Source: Eledone cirrhosa
Taxonomy: Eukaryota
Assembly (NCBI GenBank): GCA_964016885.1
Contig: OZ024743.1
Span: 74,462,001-74,526,000, forward strand
Reading direction: 5' to 3'
DNA: 64,000 nt
Shown here: positions 61,862-64,000 of the stretch, piece after piece
How positions within the stretch are numbered: the first letter of the stretch is position 1
How the letters are laid out: every line of letters starts with the position of its first letter
Translations under genes and position numbers: made by a program
The notes under the pieces: generated by a model
What the model was told of the DNA's origin: nothing
Database searches by the model: none
What the model saw: the letters and a program-made list of their open reading frames with translations, nothing else

Positions 61862-62511
61862 CTTCCGGAATTTGGACAGCATGATATATTAATTAAGAAC
61901 CGACTGGATACGGTTTATAGCTTGACTATATGCTGAACCACTGCGAATTATACGATAGACGCATGTTCTCTATATATATATTGCGTCTCATGGATTATGT
62001 GAGTGGTGGTGTGAGCAAGGACAGTGGTACGACCTTGCCTACGATACAATAAGGTTTATAGTATGTTGAAGGTTTTTGATATTTTGGTGTTTCCCCGCAT
62101 CCGAGACTGTATATCATACAGATGTATGAGAATAAATGACTTAATAATTCAGCCTATATAATAAGATCGATCGCCTGCTTCAACTGCCTGACCCAGCAAA
62201 TATCATTCTGACGCACTCTAATCATGTATAGATAAGACAAGCGTGCATGCTACACGGGAGATTGCTTCATACACTGACTACTCTAAGCTTTCCTCTTGCT
62301 TTATCATCATAGACTGCCAACGCTTCATGTTTATCTTTATTTTCACTCTTATTTTCACTCTTGTTTTTATTTTATTTTTATCATGTAACACTTTATATGT
62401 AAATTGCCATGCTATTTCATTTGATGAATGTCACCCCACTGTTGATCAATATGCGCATATGTTTTATGTGTCTCTTGGGTTGAAAAGGAGGTCAAGTATG
62501 TTATAAATAGC

Positions 62512-62558
62512 TGCTCCGAAGAATCCAAACCTCGGTTTGGAGGAAACAATTGTAAGCA
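62512..62558 (+). ncRNA. Type I hammerhead, U4C core
   Basis: TGCT-CCGAAGA-a-TCCAAACC(tc)GGTTTGGA-g-GAAA-caattg-TA-AGCA. Confidence 0.78.
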
Positions 62559-62656
62559 AATAAATGACTTAAACTGAACTTTAATTACTGTAATCTCTAT
62601 ATAAATATATATATATATATATTAATATAAATATATATATATAAATATATATATTA

Positions 62657-62795
<139 letters not shown>

Positions 62796-63301
62796 TGAGA
62801 GTGTGTGTAGTCACAAGTAAATCCAGTTGCTTAAATGACATTAACTTTAGTGAAAAATCTATAAATCTATAAATATTATTGTAGATTATAATTATGTTGG
62901 TGAAATTAAATGACAATAAAATATTTTGAGGTGCATTTATAAATGATAAAAGATTTTGTGTTGCATTCATAAACAATAATTAGTTTCTCATTTATGTATT
63001 ATTTTTAATGTTTCTCCATTATTTTGCTACACTTTATATTACCTAGTAAATCGTTTAATAATACTGAAAATACCTCTAGCATCAGTGTAATCAATAGAAA
63101 CTATTGTAGAAGCTATAAGATGGTTGAGGGTTAATAAAGAATTATTAAAAACAGATTTCTTCTGAAATAATAACTTCTGAAACGTTTGATACGCCAAAGG
63201 TTCATCTAGATATTACTGAAGTGTGAGGAACAGCAGTCAGCTCCGACTCCGGGTGACATAGTTAATCCTATCACACAGACACCCCCTACACACACACACA
63301 C

Positions 63302-63448
<147 letters not shown>

Positions 63449-63492
63449 TTTAGGAATAACCAAAGCGTGCTTAGAAATACATTGTTTTATTT

Positions 63493-63537
63493 GCTAACAG
63501 TGTTTCATCCATACCCTTGGGCAGGAATCATCAGAGC
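63493..63537 (-). ncRNA. Type I hammerhead ribozyme
   Basis: GCT-CTGATGA-tTCCTGCCC(aa)GGGTAtGGAt-GAAA-cactg-TT-AGC. Confidence 0.68.
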
Positions 63538-64000
63538 CTATAAACAAAAGTATATGAAAGGTTGCAGGCTCCATCGAGTATAGTCACCAGAACAAGGAAG
63601 AAGGACACGTAAGGGGGCACACAATACATGATACATATAATGTCATAAGAAATTACATCATAAAAAATTACATCAAAAGTTTATCCATAAATGGTGCAAT
63701 AGATCGTAAGGAGGTTGAGAGAGGATAGCAAGAAATGAATGAGGGTGTTACTCAACATGATAAAAATTAAAAAAAACAAGCATAGATACATGAATTCACA
63801 AGCAGTGCAAGTACATGATTTACAGGCAGAGTATGAAAGCTTGTAAGCAGGAGTCAGTAAACAGAAAAGTTGGTTAGCTGTGGTGCAGCTTTACAGGCAG
63901 GATTGTTTATAGGAAAAATAGTACACTCCAGTGGTATCGCCTTGTAATAGGTTGATTTCTCCATATCCGGCCACCACCCTCTATCCATTGGTTCCAGTTC

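Larger units (their letters stand above)
58561..62604 (-). mobile_element. 5'-truncated Penelope-like element (Neptune-like) with a 743-bp inverted 5' arm, in (TA)n
   Basis: 58728-59470 is the reverse complement of 61862-62604; tail 58561-58727; hammerheads at 58774-58820 (-) and 62512-62558 (+). Confidence 0.93.

Noticed and set aside
61862-61882. ATG start (MLSKFRK) of the 507-aa ORF
   Set aside because: It lies in the inverted arm; the real RT is 5'-truncated at ~61861

Overview
AT-rich eukaryotic repeat-dominated window. The SINE consensus and microsatellite load suggest an octopod cephalopod (inference). No host protein-coding gene is supported, and most ORF-track entries are (TA)n/(CA)n/(CAT)n artefacts. 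Recognisable elements are Penelope-like retroelements (PLEs; RT and GIY-YIG fragments, largest at 58561-62604), decayed LINE pieces (APE-type, RTE-like, R4/Dong-like inside (TACA)n, CRE-like with a PHD finger), two Tc1/mariner elements, about 25 tRNA-derived SINE copies, three minisatellites and a ~1.6-kb tandem duplication. The most striking signal is that many 'unique' segments between (TA)n runs are non-coding fold-back (inverted-repeat) units carrying type I hammerhead ribozymes. About 40 hammerhead-like motifs were read by eye, from many families, including U3-A8, U4C and U4A core variants and family-specific palindromic helix III. The units are asymmetric: one arm carries an extra tail that often starts with a shared ACTC...GAGTGCT motif. 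Three coding PLE copies share a contiguous-inversion-plus-jump architecture that points to priming from both target ends. All folds and alignments were done by eye and need computational confirmation.
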